This document shows, in pieces, positions 8,902 through 17,533 of a stretch of DNA of 64,000 nt. Each line of letters begins with the position of its first letter. Position 1 is the first letter of the stretch. The position numbers and the translations under genes are program-made. The notes under the pieces were generated by a model. The model worked only from the letters and a program-made list of their open reading frames with translations. It did not search any database and was not told the origin of the DNA. Origin of the DNA: Maricaulis sp. (lineage in GTDB: Bacteria; Pseudomonadota; Alphaproteobacteria; Caulobacterales; Maricaulaceae); NCBI GenBank assembly GCA_965657935.1, contig CBFHQE010000001.1:17853-81852 (forward strand), given 5' to 3'.

Positions 8902-10923
8902 ATGGCACGCAAGCCGGTCCAGAACCGACGCCCCAGCAGCGAGCGACGCCGCACGCCTGCCCAGCGCCGCGCTGCCGCCCGCCGCCGCAAGTCCCGCCAA
9001 TCCCCCAGCCTCATCGGACGCCTGCTCAAACTGGGCGCCGTCGCTGCGTTGATAGTCTCGGTGGCACTGGGCATCTGGTTGATCTCCATCGCCCGCGATC
9101 TGCCGGACACGTCAGGTCTGACCGAGGTCGAACGCTCCGCCTCCATCGCCTTTTACGACCAGAATGGCCGCCTTATTGCCCGCCGCGGTTCTGCCCATGG
9201 CCGCGTGGCCGAAAGAGATGACCTTCCACCCTATCTGGTCGATGCCGTGCTCGCGGTTGAGGATCGGCGTTTCTATGATCATTTCGGTGTCGATGTCCGC
9301 GGCACAGCGCGTGCGCTGTGGGCTAATCTTCGCGCTGGCCGGGTTGTCGAGGGCGGCTCCACCCTGACCCAGCAGCTGGCCAAAAACCTGTTTCTGACAC
9401 CCGAACGCACAATGCGGCGCAAGGTACAGGAGATGATGCTGGCCTTCTGGCTGGAAAACCGGTTTTCCAAGGACGAGATTCTCGAACTCTATCTCAACCG
9501 CGTCTATTTCGGCGGCGGGGCCTGGGGCGTTGAAGCGGCTTCCATGCGTTATTTCGGCAAGTCCGTGAGCGAACTGAACCTGGGTGAATCGGCCTTGCTG
9601 GCCGGTCTTCTCAAGGCGCCATCCCGATACAGCCCTGTCAGCGACGCCGAGCGTGCAGCAGCACGGGCGACCGTGGTGCTGGACTTGATGGAACAGACCG
9701 GCCGCATTTCGGCGGATGAACGATACGATGCTGCTGCAACACCGATCCGTGTTTCCCGTGGCGCCTCGAGTCCCGGCGCCCAGTATTTTGTAGACTGGCT
9801 GGCGCCTCGTGTTCGGGAGATCGTTGGCCCGGATTTCGAGTTCGACCTGCGCATTACCACCACCCTGGATGTTGATGCTCAGCGCGCAGCAGAAACTGCT
9901 GTCTCCAGCACGCTGCAAGATGCCGATGCGGCGCGCGGTGCCGGTGAGGCCGCTCTGATTTCGCTTGCGCATGATGGCGCCGTTCGGGCCATGGTCGGCG
10001 GTCGCAGCTACACGCATTCCCAATATAATCGCGCGCTCCTCGCTCAACGTCAGCCAGGCTCAGCCTTCAAGGCATTTGTCTATGCCAGCGCCTTTGAAGC
10101 CGGGCTGCGTCCGGACGATGTCCGCAATGACGCGCCGGTATCAGTCGGTGATTGGCAGCCCGCCAACTACAATGGCGAGTATCGAGGCGAGATGACCCTG
10201 CGCGAGGCCTTTGCCCGCTCGTCCAACTCCATCGCGGTTCAGATCGCCGAGGAAACAGGTCGGGGTCACATCGCGCGCCTGGCCGAGCGTATGGGAATCG
10301 CGACGAATTTGCGCATAGACCGCTCGCTCGCCCTCGGGGCCTATGAAGTAAACCCCATGGAAATGGCCGTGGCCTACGCGCCGTTCGCCAATGGCGGGCG
10401 CCGCGCCGAAGCACATGGCATTCTGATGATCGAGACCGCAGACGGCGAGATCATCTATGAGGCCCCACCGGTGGCCGGTGAAAGGGTTCTCGACCAGCGG
10501 ACCTATGCCAGCATGAGAGACCTGTTTTCAGCAGTGACCAGCTGGGGCACAGGGCGTCGAGCGGCCGTTCCGGGCCTGGAAATCGGCGGCAAGACCGGCA
10601 CGACCAACGAGTTTCGAGACGCCTGGTTCGCCGGTTTCAGCGGTGACCTGGTCACTGTCGTATGGACAGGAAATGACGACAATGCTCCGACAGAGCGGGC
10701 GACCGGCGGCAGCACCCCAGCGACGATTTTCAATCGCTACATGGTCCACACACCCCGAACGGGCCTGGCTTCGGACCCAACCAGCACGGCCCTGGACGCC
10801 TTGTCCGCTACGCTTTTGCAGGCTGAGGCGGCCGTTGACGCCACCGCCTCGCAAGATGAGCCGGAGAACGATGAGCGCGATCTGATCGGTGCCTTCCTGT
10901 CCGGATTGGGCGGGAATAACTGA
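8902..10923 (+). CDS. penicillin-binding protein 1A family (bifunctional transglycosylase/transpeptidase)
   Basis: GT51 motifs AVEDRRFYDHFG and GGSTLTQQLAKN. Transpeptidase motifs SAFKAF (SxxK), SNS and KTGTT. N-terminal Arg-rich segment plus a TM helix. Start taken at ATG 8902. Confidence 0.9.
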   Translation: MARKPVQNRRPSSERRRTPAQRRAAARRRKSRQSPSLIGRLLKLGAVAALIVSVALGIWLISIARDLPDTSGLTEVERSASIAFYDQNGRLIARRGSAHGRVAERDDLPPYLVDAVLAVEDRRFYDHFGVDVRGTARALWANLRAGRVVEGGSTLTQQLAKNLFLTPERTMRRKVQEMMLAFWLENRFSKDEILELYLNRVYFGGGAWGVEAASMRYFGKSVSELNLGESALLAGLLKAPSRYSPVSDAERAAARATVVLDLMEQTGRISADERYDAAATPIRVSRGASSPGAQYFVDWLAPRVREIVGPDFEFDLRITTTLDVDAQRAAETAVSSTLQDADAARGAGEAALISLAHDGAVRAMVGGRSYTHSQYNRALLAQRQPGSAFKAFVYASAFEAGLRPDDVRNDAPVSVGDWQPANYNGEYRGEMTLREAFARSSNSIAVQIAEETGRGHIARLAERMGIATNLRIDRSLALGAYEVNPMEMAVAYAPFANGGRRAEAHGILMIETADGEIIYEAPPVAGERVLDQRTYASMRDLFSAVTSWGTGRRAAVPGLEIGGKTGTTNEFRDAWFAGFSGDLVTVVWTGNDDNAPTERATGGSTPATIFNRYMVHTPRTGLASDPTSTALDALSATLLQAEAAVDATASQDEPENDERDLIGAFLSGLGGNN

Positions 10924-11000
10924 GAAACGTTCCCCCGCCCCCTTCTCTCTACGTCACGTAGTATCGCGATACTGAATTCGTGACTTCAAGGGAGAGGACA

Positions 11001-12599
11001 GTGCGAACCCTTTTAACTTCCAGCGTATCGGCCCTGGTTTTGGCCGCATCGATTTCCACCATCGGCGAAGCACAGACACGTGTCAGCCGTTCCGACGGCC
11101 AGGCCGCAATCGCCGCCATGGGGCTGGATGCATCTGACACGAACGAGATTTCGTTCGAGCGCGGACGTTTTGCCCGAGGCGACTATGTCTTCACCAATGT
11201 GGTCTTCCACATCGAGGAAGAGCATGAAGACGAGGCCGGCGAAGAGGGCGATTTCAACGTCAGTCTCGAGGGCGAAGAATTACGTGTCGACGAGATGCGT
11301 TTCAGCTCGCCACGCCTTGCCCCAGATGGTCGGGTCATGTTCGACGCCTTCTCGATGAGCGGTCTCAATGCCGCCGGAGATGATGGCGAATCCGTCGTGA
11401 TCGACCTGATCGAGATTGTTGGACCGAATGCCGATTTCGCCGCCATGATTGCCGAGGGTTTCGCCACAATCGGCGAAGGCGACGAGGATGACGTTGATTT
11501 TGATATTGGCGATGATCCGTTCGATCGACTGGCCCTGAACGGTCTGCGCGTCTCTGATACTGGCGACGACGAGACGACTGTCAATCTTGGTTCCCTAGTG
11601 CTCGAACATGACGCCGATGATGAAGTTGCGCGGTTTGAGATGAATGACTTCCTCGTCGACGCAATGGACGATGATGGCCCGATCCGTATATCGCTCAGCG
11701 AAATCCGGATGGAAGGGATCAGCACGGAAACGACCGGGGAGTGGTTCACTGCTCTCGAGAACGACAACATGCCGGCCTTCATGAACTCCTACATGAACGC
11801 TGCAACCGTGAACCCGGCATCGATCTTTTCCGAGTTTATTCTGCGTGACTTTGCCTTCAACGGTGCCGGTCTCGACCTGTCCCTGGCGTCCATCACTGCC
11901 GAAAACGAAGTTCGTCGCGGCAATGTCCACTCAAGCGGCATTGTTGACCGCCTGCATTTCTCCGCCGACGCGGAGAGTGAAAACGGTGCGCAGATTGCCG
12001 CCGGACTGATGATGCTGGGTTACAGCGAACTGAACATGAATGCCGTGACCAACACGGTTTTTGAGCCGGAGCGTGGCCGCGCCTATACGACGGGCGACAA
12101 CTATTACCTGGTAGAAGATGCATTCCGCATCGATTTCAGTCAGGACCTCGAAGGCTATAACGAATATACGGCGCTTATGGCCGAACTGATTTCGGACGCT
12201 GCCGAGAATGGCGACGAAGCTGCCGAAGAAGCCGCCATGGCCGCCATGTCCGCCCTGCAGGTGAACGAGTTCTCGGTATCTATCTCCGACGAGTCGATTC
12301 TGGAGCGCGCCTTCGGCGCCATGGCCGCACAACAGGGCATTGCCCCGGAACAGGCCCGTGCCCAGGCTTCTGCACTGGTTCTTCTGGGCGCGGCAAGTGC
12401 TGGGCCGCTGGTGCCAGCGCCGCTGATGTCGGAGCTGACCTCCGCTGTTTCCGGCTTCCTCAACAATGGCGGCTCGGTCACTGTGGGCATGCGCCCGACC
12501 AGCCCGACCACTGTTGGCGACATGATGACTCTCGTTGAACAGGAAGAACCCGACTTCGAACGTCTCGGTATCAGCGTTTCGGCAGAACCCGCCGAGTAA
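11001..12599 (+). CDS. secreted, highly acidic hypothetical protein (532 aa)
   Basis: GTG at 11001 is preceded by a GGGAGAGG RBS. The signal peptide is VRTLLTSSVSALVLAASISTIGEAQT. The protein is very rich in D/E. No family recognised. Confidence 0.65.
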   Translation: MRTLLTSSVSALVLAASISTIGEAQTRVSRSDGQAAIAAMGLDASDTNEISFERGRFARGDYVFTNVVFHIEEEHEDEAGEEGDFNVSLEGEELRVDEMRFSSPRLAPDGRVMFDAFSMSGLNAAGDDGESVVIDLIEIVGPNADFAAMIAEGFATIGEGDEDDVDFDIGDDPFDRLALNGLRVSDTGDDETTVNLGSLVLEHDADDEVARFEMNDFLVDAMDDDGPIRISLSEIRMEGISTETTGEWFTALENDNMPAFMNSYMNAATVNPASIFSEFILRDFAFNGAGLDLSLASITAENEVRRGNVHSSGIVDRLHFSADAESENGAQIAAGLMMLGYSELNMNAVTNTVFEPERGRAYTTGDNYYLVEDAFRIDFSQDLEGYNEYTALMAELISDAAENGDEAAEEAAMAAMSALQVNEFSVSISDESILERAFGAMAAQQGIAPEQARAQASALVLLGAASAGPLVPAPLMSELTSAVSGFLNNGGSVTVGMRPTSPTTVGDMMTLVEQEEPDFERLGISVSAEPAE

Positions 12600-12614
12600 C
12601 GCCCTGACAAACAG

Positions 12615-12645
12615 AAAGGCCCGCCGATCGGCGGGCCTTTTTTGT
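12615..12645. terminator. bidirectional rho-independent terminator
   Basis: AAAGGCCCGCC GATC GGCGGGCCTTT followed by T-run. It lies between convergent genes ending at 12599 and 12662. Confidence 0.8.
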
Positions 12646-12661
12646 TGTTTGAAGTGCTGGC

Positions 12662-13924
12662 TCAGCGTTGCCTGAGCGCTTCGCCACCTTTTTCGTCCCA
12701 GAAGTCTCGCATGCGCGGCGCGATCTGTTCGCGGAAACGGCGACCATTGAAGACGCCATAATGACCGACTTCAGGCTGCACCCAGTCCAGCTGGAGCTTT
12801 TCAGGCAAGTTGGAACACAGATCATGTGCCGCCTGGGTCTGGCCGATGCCGGAGATATCATCCCGCTCGCCCTCAACCGTCAGCAGAGCGATATCCTCGA
12901 TGGCGCTGACATCAACACGGCGACCATGATGTTCCTGAATCCCGCGCGCCAGTTTGTGCTCCTGGAACACATCGCTGATCGTCTGCAGGTAAAACTCCTC
13001 GGAGAGGTCCATCACCGCCAGGTATTCGTCATAGAAAGAGCGGTGTTTTTCGGCACTGTCACCGTCACCCTCAACGAGATGATTGTAGAAATTCCAGTGT
13101 GCATCAACATGGCGGTCCAGGTTCATGTTCATGAAGCCGGCCAGCTGCAGGAAGCCCGGATAAACACGACGCAGAGCGCCCGGATTGGGCGCCGGCACCG
13201 TATGGATCAGATTCTGGGAAAACCACTCAAACGGCTTTTCCTCGGCCAGGATATTCGGTGCCGTCGGAGATTTTCGTGTATCGATCGGCGAGCCCATGAA
13301 CGTCATGGAAGCCGGTCGCGCCGGATCCCTGTCCTCGGCCATCAGTGCGATCGCAGACAGGGTTGGTGGCCCCGGCTGACAGACCGCCACCACGTGCACA
13401 TCCGGCCCCAGGAAGGCGATCATCTTGCGGATATAGGCCACAAAATCATCGAGATCGAACCGGCCTTCGCTGACGGGTACCATGCGCGCATCCTGCCAGT
13501 CGGTGATGTAGACTTCGCAGTCTGGCAGGAAGGTCTCGACCGTCCCGCGCAGCAGAGTGGCATAGTGACCGGACATAGGGGCCACAAAGAGGATCTTGCG
13601 GTCGTCCCGCTTGCCGCGCGCCTCGGCCAGCGCCTGCGGGTCGCGACGGAAGTGCAGGAGGTCGCACCAGGAGTCCGACCAGACGACATCTTCCTCGACC
13701 GCAACCGTGTGACCGTTGACCAGCGTGTGGTCGATCATCCATTCCGGCTTGCCATAGCGCCGGGTCACAGATTCGAACAAGTCGGCCGCAGCCGCCATGG
13801 TGCGCCCAGCAACCGTGTCACCCATCGGGTTCCACGGCGCGCGCATCATCCGCCGTGTCGCATTGGCGGCCGCGCGCCAGGGCGTCATCGCCAGGCGGTT
13901 CATTTCGTAAACACTGTAAAGCAT
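12662..13924 (-). CDS. phaZ: intracellular polyhydroxyalkanoate (PHB) depolymerase
   Basis: From ATG 13924 (GGGAGG RBS) the sequence reads MLYSVYEMNRLAMTPWRAAANATR...KPEWMIDHT...LLHF...ILFVAPMSGHYATLLR, the PhaZ intracellular depolymerase pattern. Confidence 0.85.
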   Translation of the reverse strand: MLYSVYEMNRLAMTPWRAAANATRRMMRAPWNPMGDTVAGRTMAAAADLFESVTRRYGKPEWMIDHTLVNGHTVAVEEDVVWSDSWCDLLHFRRDPQALAEARGKRDDRKILFVAPMSGHYATLLRGTVETFLPDCEVYITDWQDARMVPVSEGRFDLDDFVAYIRKMIAFLGPDVHVVAVCQPGPPTLSAIALMAEDRDPARPASMTFMGSPIDTRKSPTAPNILAEEKPFEWFSQNLIHTVPAPNPGALRRVYPGFLQLAGFMNMNLDRHVDAHWNFYNHLVEGDGDSAEKHRSFYDEYLAVMDLSEEFYLQTISDVFQEHKLARGIQEHHGRRVDVSAIEDIALLTVEGERDDISGIGQTQAAHDLCSNLPEKLQLDWVQPEVGHYGVFNGRRFREQIAPRMRDFWDEKGGEALRQR

Positions 13925-13964
13925 CAAGCCTCCCGCAGCGCATTCCGCATCTTTGAGTGCGTGA

Positions 13965-14657
13965 TTATGCGCCTTCTTCCTCAAGGAAGTCTTGCAGACG
14001 CTGGGCCGCCATCGACGGGTCAAATCCGTCGGTGAAGATGTCTACAAAACGACCTTCCGAATTCATCAGATAGACGATGGATGAGTGATCCATCAGATAA
14101 TCATCTCCCTCACCCGCACGGCGGTAGGCCACGCGATAGGCCGCAGCCGCAGCCGTGACCTGCTCCTGGTTGCCGGTCAGCCCGATCAGGCCATCCGGAA
14201 AGGCATTGGAGGTGACGTATTGCGCCATCGCGTCCACCGTGTCCCGTTCGGGATCAACAGTGATCAGGATGGGTTGAAACTGTGCGCGTTCCTCAGCGGA
14301 CAACTGATCCAGCGCAATGGCGAGCAGTTGCAGGGAATACGGGCAGATATCCGGACAGTAGGTATAACCGAAATAGATCAACATCGGTCGGCCCCGATAG
14401 CTCTGTTCGGTCACCGTCGCACCGGTGTGGTCAACCAGGGTGAACGGCCCGCCAATATCGGCCTCACCGCTAACCCGCACCGGGGCCGGACGAGCCACGG
14501 CATCGCTCTGCCCCTGATCTCGCATTGCCAGCGTCAGGAAGGTCAGCATCATCACCATCGGGGCGGCCAGAAGCACCAAGACCCAGGCGCGGCTGCCGGC
14601 CAGTACACTGGCGAAACGGCGAAGGCCATTACGCAAAGCTTCCAACAGAGACTGCAT
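13965..14657 (-). CDS. senC: SCO1/SenC family copper chaperone
   Basis: TM anchor followed by FTLVDHTGATVTEQSYRGRPMLIYFGYTYCPDICP (CxxxC). The start is shortened to ATG 14657. Confidence 0.9.
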   Translation of the reverse strand: MQSLLEALRNGLRRFASVLAGSRAWVLVLLAAPMVMMLTFLTLAMRDQGQSDAVARPAPVRVSGEADIGGPFTLVDHTGATVTEQSYRGRPMLIYFGYTYCPDICPYSLQLLAIALDQLSAEERAQFQPILITVDPERDTVDAMAQYVTSNAFPDGLIGLTGNQEQVTAAAAAYRVAYRRAGEGDDYLMDHSSIVYLMNSEGRFVDIFTDGFDPSMAAQRLQDFLEEEGA

Positions 14658-14791
14658 TGATCGTCCTTGAGCTGTTCGTGTTTCGGCGAACCATGTTATG
14701 CCAAAACATAGCTTAGATTGCTGCACGTGCGAAAGTAGGCGCGGCGACCTGATATGTCCATCAAGTATGACGGAAATGTACAGGATCGAAT

Positions 14792-16114
14792 ATGAGTGAT
14801 GCGGATTGGGATCCCTATGGCGGCGACGCTCACCTGACACCGGTATTCGGCCGCCTCCGCCTGCGGACACTGGTCATGCTGCGCTGGCTCGCCGTGGTCG
14901 GACAGACGTTGACCGTGCTGCTGGTACACTTTGTCATCGGTTTCGAACTGCCGCTGGGCTTCTGTCTCGGCGTCATCCTGACCAGCGCCTGGATCAACAC
15001 CTGGCTAACGCTGGCGGTGCAGCCGCAGCAATTTGCCCAGGACTGGCAGGCTTTCGCCCAGCTCGCCTATGATGTGCTGCAGCTGTGCGTTTTGTTGATG
15101 CTGACCGGTGGCTTGCAAAATCCGTTTGTCGTCATGCTGGCCGCGCCTGTTACCATTGCCGTTGCGGCGCTACCGCCTCGCTGGTCCCTGCCTGTTGCCG
15201 GCATTGCCATGATGGGCACAGGCGCGATGTGGCTGTGGAGTCTGCCGCTGCCGTGGCTGGGTGGTGAGGAGCTGCAACTCCCCGGCATGTATCTCATCGG
15301 CTTGTGGGCCGCGATCTTCATCGCGGTTGCCTTCACCGCGGTCTATTCCTGGCGGGTCAGCCAGGAAGGGCGGTCCATGGCGACGGCCCTGGCCGCAACC
15401 CAGAGCGTTCTGTCCAGGGAACAGCGGCTCTCTGCGCTCGGGGCACTGGCCGCAGCAGCCGCCCATGAGCTGGGCACGCCTCTGGCGACCATCCAGCTGA
15501 CCGCCAAGGAAATGATGCGCGAACTCAAGGATGATGAAATCCTCAAGGAAGATGCCGAGCTTCTGGTCACCCAGGCCCGACGTTGTCGCGACATTTTGAA
15601 GCGTCTGACCGCCGAGAAAACATCCACTGACCAACGTCATGATCGCGTTGAATTCCTGGCGGCTCTGGAAGAAGCGGCAGCGCCTCTACGCGGTATGGGG
15701 CCAATGGTGGATGTGCATCTGGATGGGCCGGAGGACGAGCCTGAACCGGTCCTGCGGCGAATCCCCGAATTGCTTTATGGCGTGGGCAATTTCATCGAAA
15801 ATGCTGTTGATTTCGCCGCGACCCGGGTCACCGTTGAAGGACAGTGGGAAAAGGACCAGCTCAGCGTCACCATTCTCGACGATGGGCCAGGCTTCACACT
15901 GGAGATCCTGTCCAAGATTGGCGAGCCCTATGTGACCACCCGATCCGGCACGCCCGGACAGGGTGGACTGGGATTGGGTGTTTTCATTGCCAAGACGATG
16001 ATTGAAAAGACCGGCGGAACGGTCAGTTTCGAAAACTCCAGCACCGCCGGTGGGGCACTCGTCACTATTGTCTGGCCGCGCGAGAAGGTGGAGGCGGGGC
16101 CGATCCTCCGCTAG
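14792..16114 (+). CDS. regB: redox-sensing histidine kinase RegB/PrrB/ActS
   Basis: Six TM helices carry the quinone-site heptapeptide GGLQNPF. The H-box is AAAHELGTPLATI, the conserved Cys context is RRCRDIL, and a HATPase domain follows. Confidence 0.9.
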   Translation: MSDADWDPYGGDAHLTPVFGRLRLRTLVMLRWLAVVGQTLTVLLVHFVIGFELPLGFCLGVILTSAWINTWLTLAVQPQQFAQDWQAFAQLAYDVLQLCVLLMLTGGLQNPFVVMLAAPVTIAVAALPPRWSLPVAGIAMMGTGAMWLWSLPLPWLGGEELQLPGMYLIGLWAAIFIAVAFTAVYSWRVSQEGRSMATALAATQSVLSREQRLSALGALAAAAAHELGTPLATIQLTAKEMMRELKDDEILKEDAELLVTQARRCRDILKRLTAEKTSTDQRHDRVEFLAALEEAAAPLRGMGPMVDVHLDGPEDEPEPVLRRIPELLYGVGNFIENAVDFAATRVTVEGQWEKDQLSVTILDDGPGFTLEILSKIGEPYVTTRSGTPGQGGLGLGVFIAKTMIEKTGGTVSFENSSTAGGALVTIVWPREKVEAGPILR

Positions 16115-16147
16115 TAATGAATCGAACAAACTCAAAGAGGTTTGATT

Positions 16148-16699
16148 GTGAGCGACATCGAATACGAATTGCCCGAGGACAAGAGCCTTCTGATCCTGGA
16201 CGATGATGCCCCTTTCCGCACCCGCCTGGGACGCGCGATGACGGGCCGCGGTTTCATTGTTTCGGCCGTGGGCACCGTGGATGAGGCCAAGGAAGTCGCT
16301 CGCGCCAATCCACCGGCCTTTGCCGTCTGTGACCTGCGTCTGCAGGATGGTGACGGGCTGGAAGTGGTGAAAAGCCTGCACGCCTCGCGGCCCGACTGCC
16401 GCGTTGTGATGTTGACCGGATACGGCAATATCGCCACCGCCGTAGCTGCCGTGAAAGCCGGCGCGGTCGATTATCTCTCCAAGCCAGCCGATGCCGACGA
16501 TATCATCAAGGCGCTTCTCGCGCACCCGGACGACAAGCCGGAGCCGCCGGAGAATCCGATGTCGGCCGACCGTGTCCGTTGGGAACATATCCAGCGCGTC
16601 TTTGAGCTGTGTGATCACAATGTCTCGGAAACCGCACGCCGCCTGAACATGCACCGCCGCACCCTGCAGCGCATCCTGGCCAAACGCGCACCGCGCTAG
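16148..16699 (+). CDS. regA: response regulator RegA/PrrA/ActR
   Basis: Receiver domain (LLILDDD...CDLRLQDGDGL) plus the invariant RegA HTH NVSETARRLNMHRRTLQRILAKR. GTG 16148 lies 7 nt after AGAGG. The track uses TTG 16142. Confidence 0.9.
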   Translation: MSDIEYELPEDKSLLILDDDAPFRTRLGRAMTGRGFIVSAVGTVDEAKEVARANPPAFAVCDLRLQDGDGLEVVKSLHASRPDCRVVMLTGYGNIATAVAAVKAGAVDYLSKPADADDIIKALLAHPDDKPEPPENPMSADRVRWEHIQRVFELCDHNVSETARRLNMHRRTLQRILAKRAPR

Positions 16700-16711
16700 A
16701 GTGATTTCGGA

Positions 16712-17455
16712 TCAGTAGGTGCGGCCGCCTTCGCTGGCGGACATGCCGGCATGGGCATAGGCATAGATCGGGCCGCCATTGGCGCCCTGGACGATCGCAA
16801 CCGTGCCGAAATGGCGGAAACTCTCGCCGACCAGCTCGGCCTCACCGCCGGACCAACTTCCCAGATAGCTGATGGATTTGACCATATTGTAGTGGAGCAT
16901 TTCGGTGCCGGCATTCTCACCGCCGCCGATCTCGACCGTGGCCCAGCCCGGCTTGTAGGCGACCAGCCAGACGTCCAGCGCCTCTTCCGGCGCCTCGCCG
17001 TCCAGATGCACGATATAGGAACCGAACGGACCATCCTCGATCGACAGGTCCGGGCTCTCCGGCATGGCATTCAGGCGATCGGTGACCGCTGTTGAAACCT
17101 GGTCCCGATCCCAACCCGGCGCGTCCATCACACCATCGACAACAAAGTGCGGCGTATAGAGACGCGGAACTTCAAGGCGCGGCAGGTAAGCGCGCTGACG
17201 GTGAACATATTCCGGTCGGGCAAAGGTGTCGGTCCAGCCATACATGTCCCAGTAGGACACGGCATAGGCGAGGACAAAGACATTGTGACGCTGATCCAGC
17301 TCACCCAGGTAACGATTGGCTTCCGGGCACAAACCACACCCCTGACTGGTGAATAATTCAACCAGAACAGGACGGTTCTTCTCATCACCGGCCTGAGCAG
17401 CCGGTGAAGCGAGCGCCATTATGAGGGTGGCAAGTATGAGCGATAACAAACGCAT
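16712..17455 (-). CDS. DUF1223 family secreted thioredoxin-like protein
   Basis: Signal MRLLSLILATLIMALASPAAQA, then VLVELFTSQGCGLCPEAN...YAVSYWDMYGWTDTFA...RQRAY, the DUF1223 pattern. Confidence 0.85.
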   Translation of the reverse strand: MRLLSLILATLIMALASPAAQAGDEKNRPVLVELFTSQGCGLCPEANRYLGELDQRHNVFVLAYAVSYWDMYGWTDTFARPEYVHRQRAYLPRLEVPRLYTPHFVVDGVMDAPGWDRDQVSTAVTDRLNAMPESPDLSIEDGPFGSYIVHLDGEAPEEALDVWLVAYKPGWATVEIGGGENAGTEMLHYNMVKSISYLGSWSGGEAELVGESFRHFGTVAIVQGANGGPIYAYAHAGMSASEGGRTY

Positions 17456-17472
17456 GCGCTCTAGATAATCAT

Positions 17473-17514
17473 GCCCGCCCGTGTCGGCCAATCACTTGGC
17501 TGTGACACGGGCGG
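17473..17514 (-). terminator. hairpin downstream of acnA (terminator-like)
   Basis: 12-bp perfect stem CCCGCCCGTGTC / GACACGGGCGGG with an 18-nt loop, 20 nt after the acnA stop. The U-tract is weak. Confidence 0.45.
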
Positions 17515-17533
17515 GAGATTTCTGTCCCAGATG

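Noticed and set aside
12668-14035. 455-aa ORF antisense to phaZ
   Set aside because: It is the shadow of the PHB depolymerase gene. The sequence is R/H/Q-rich with no recognisable motifs.
15686-16654. 322-aa ORF antisense to regB/regA
   Set aside because: It spans two well-supported genes and their intergenic gap on the opposite strand, so it is a shadow ORF.
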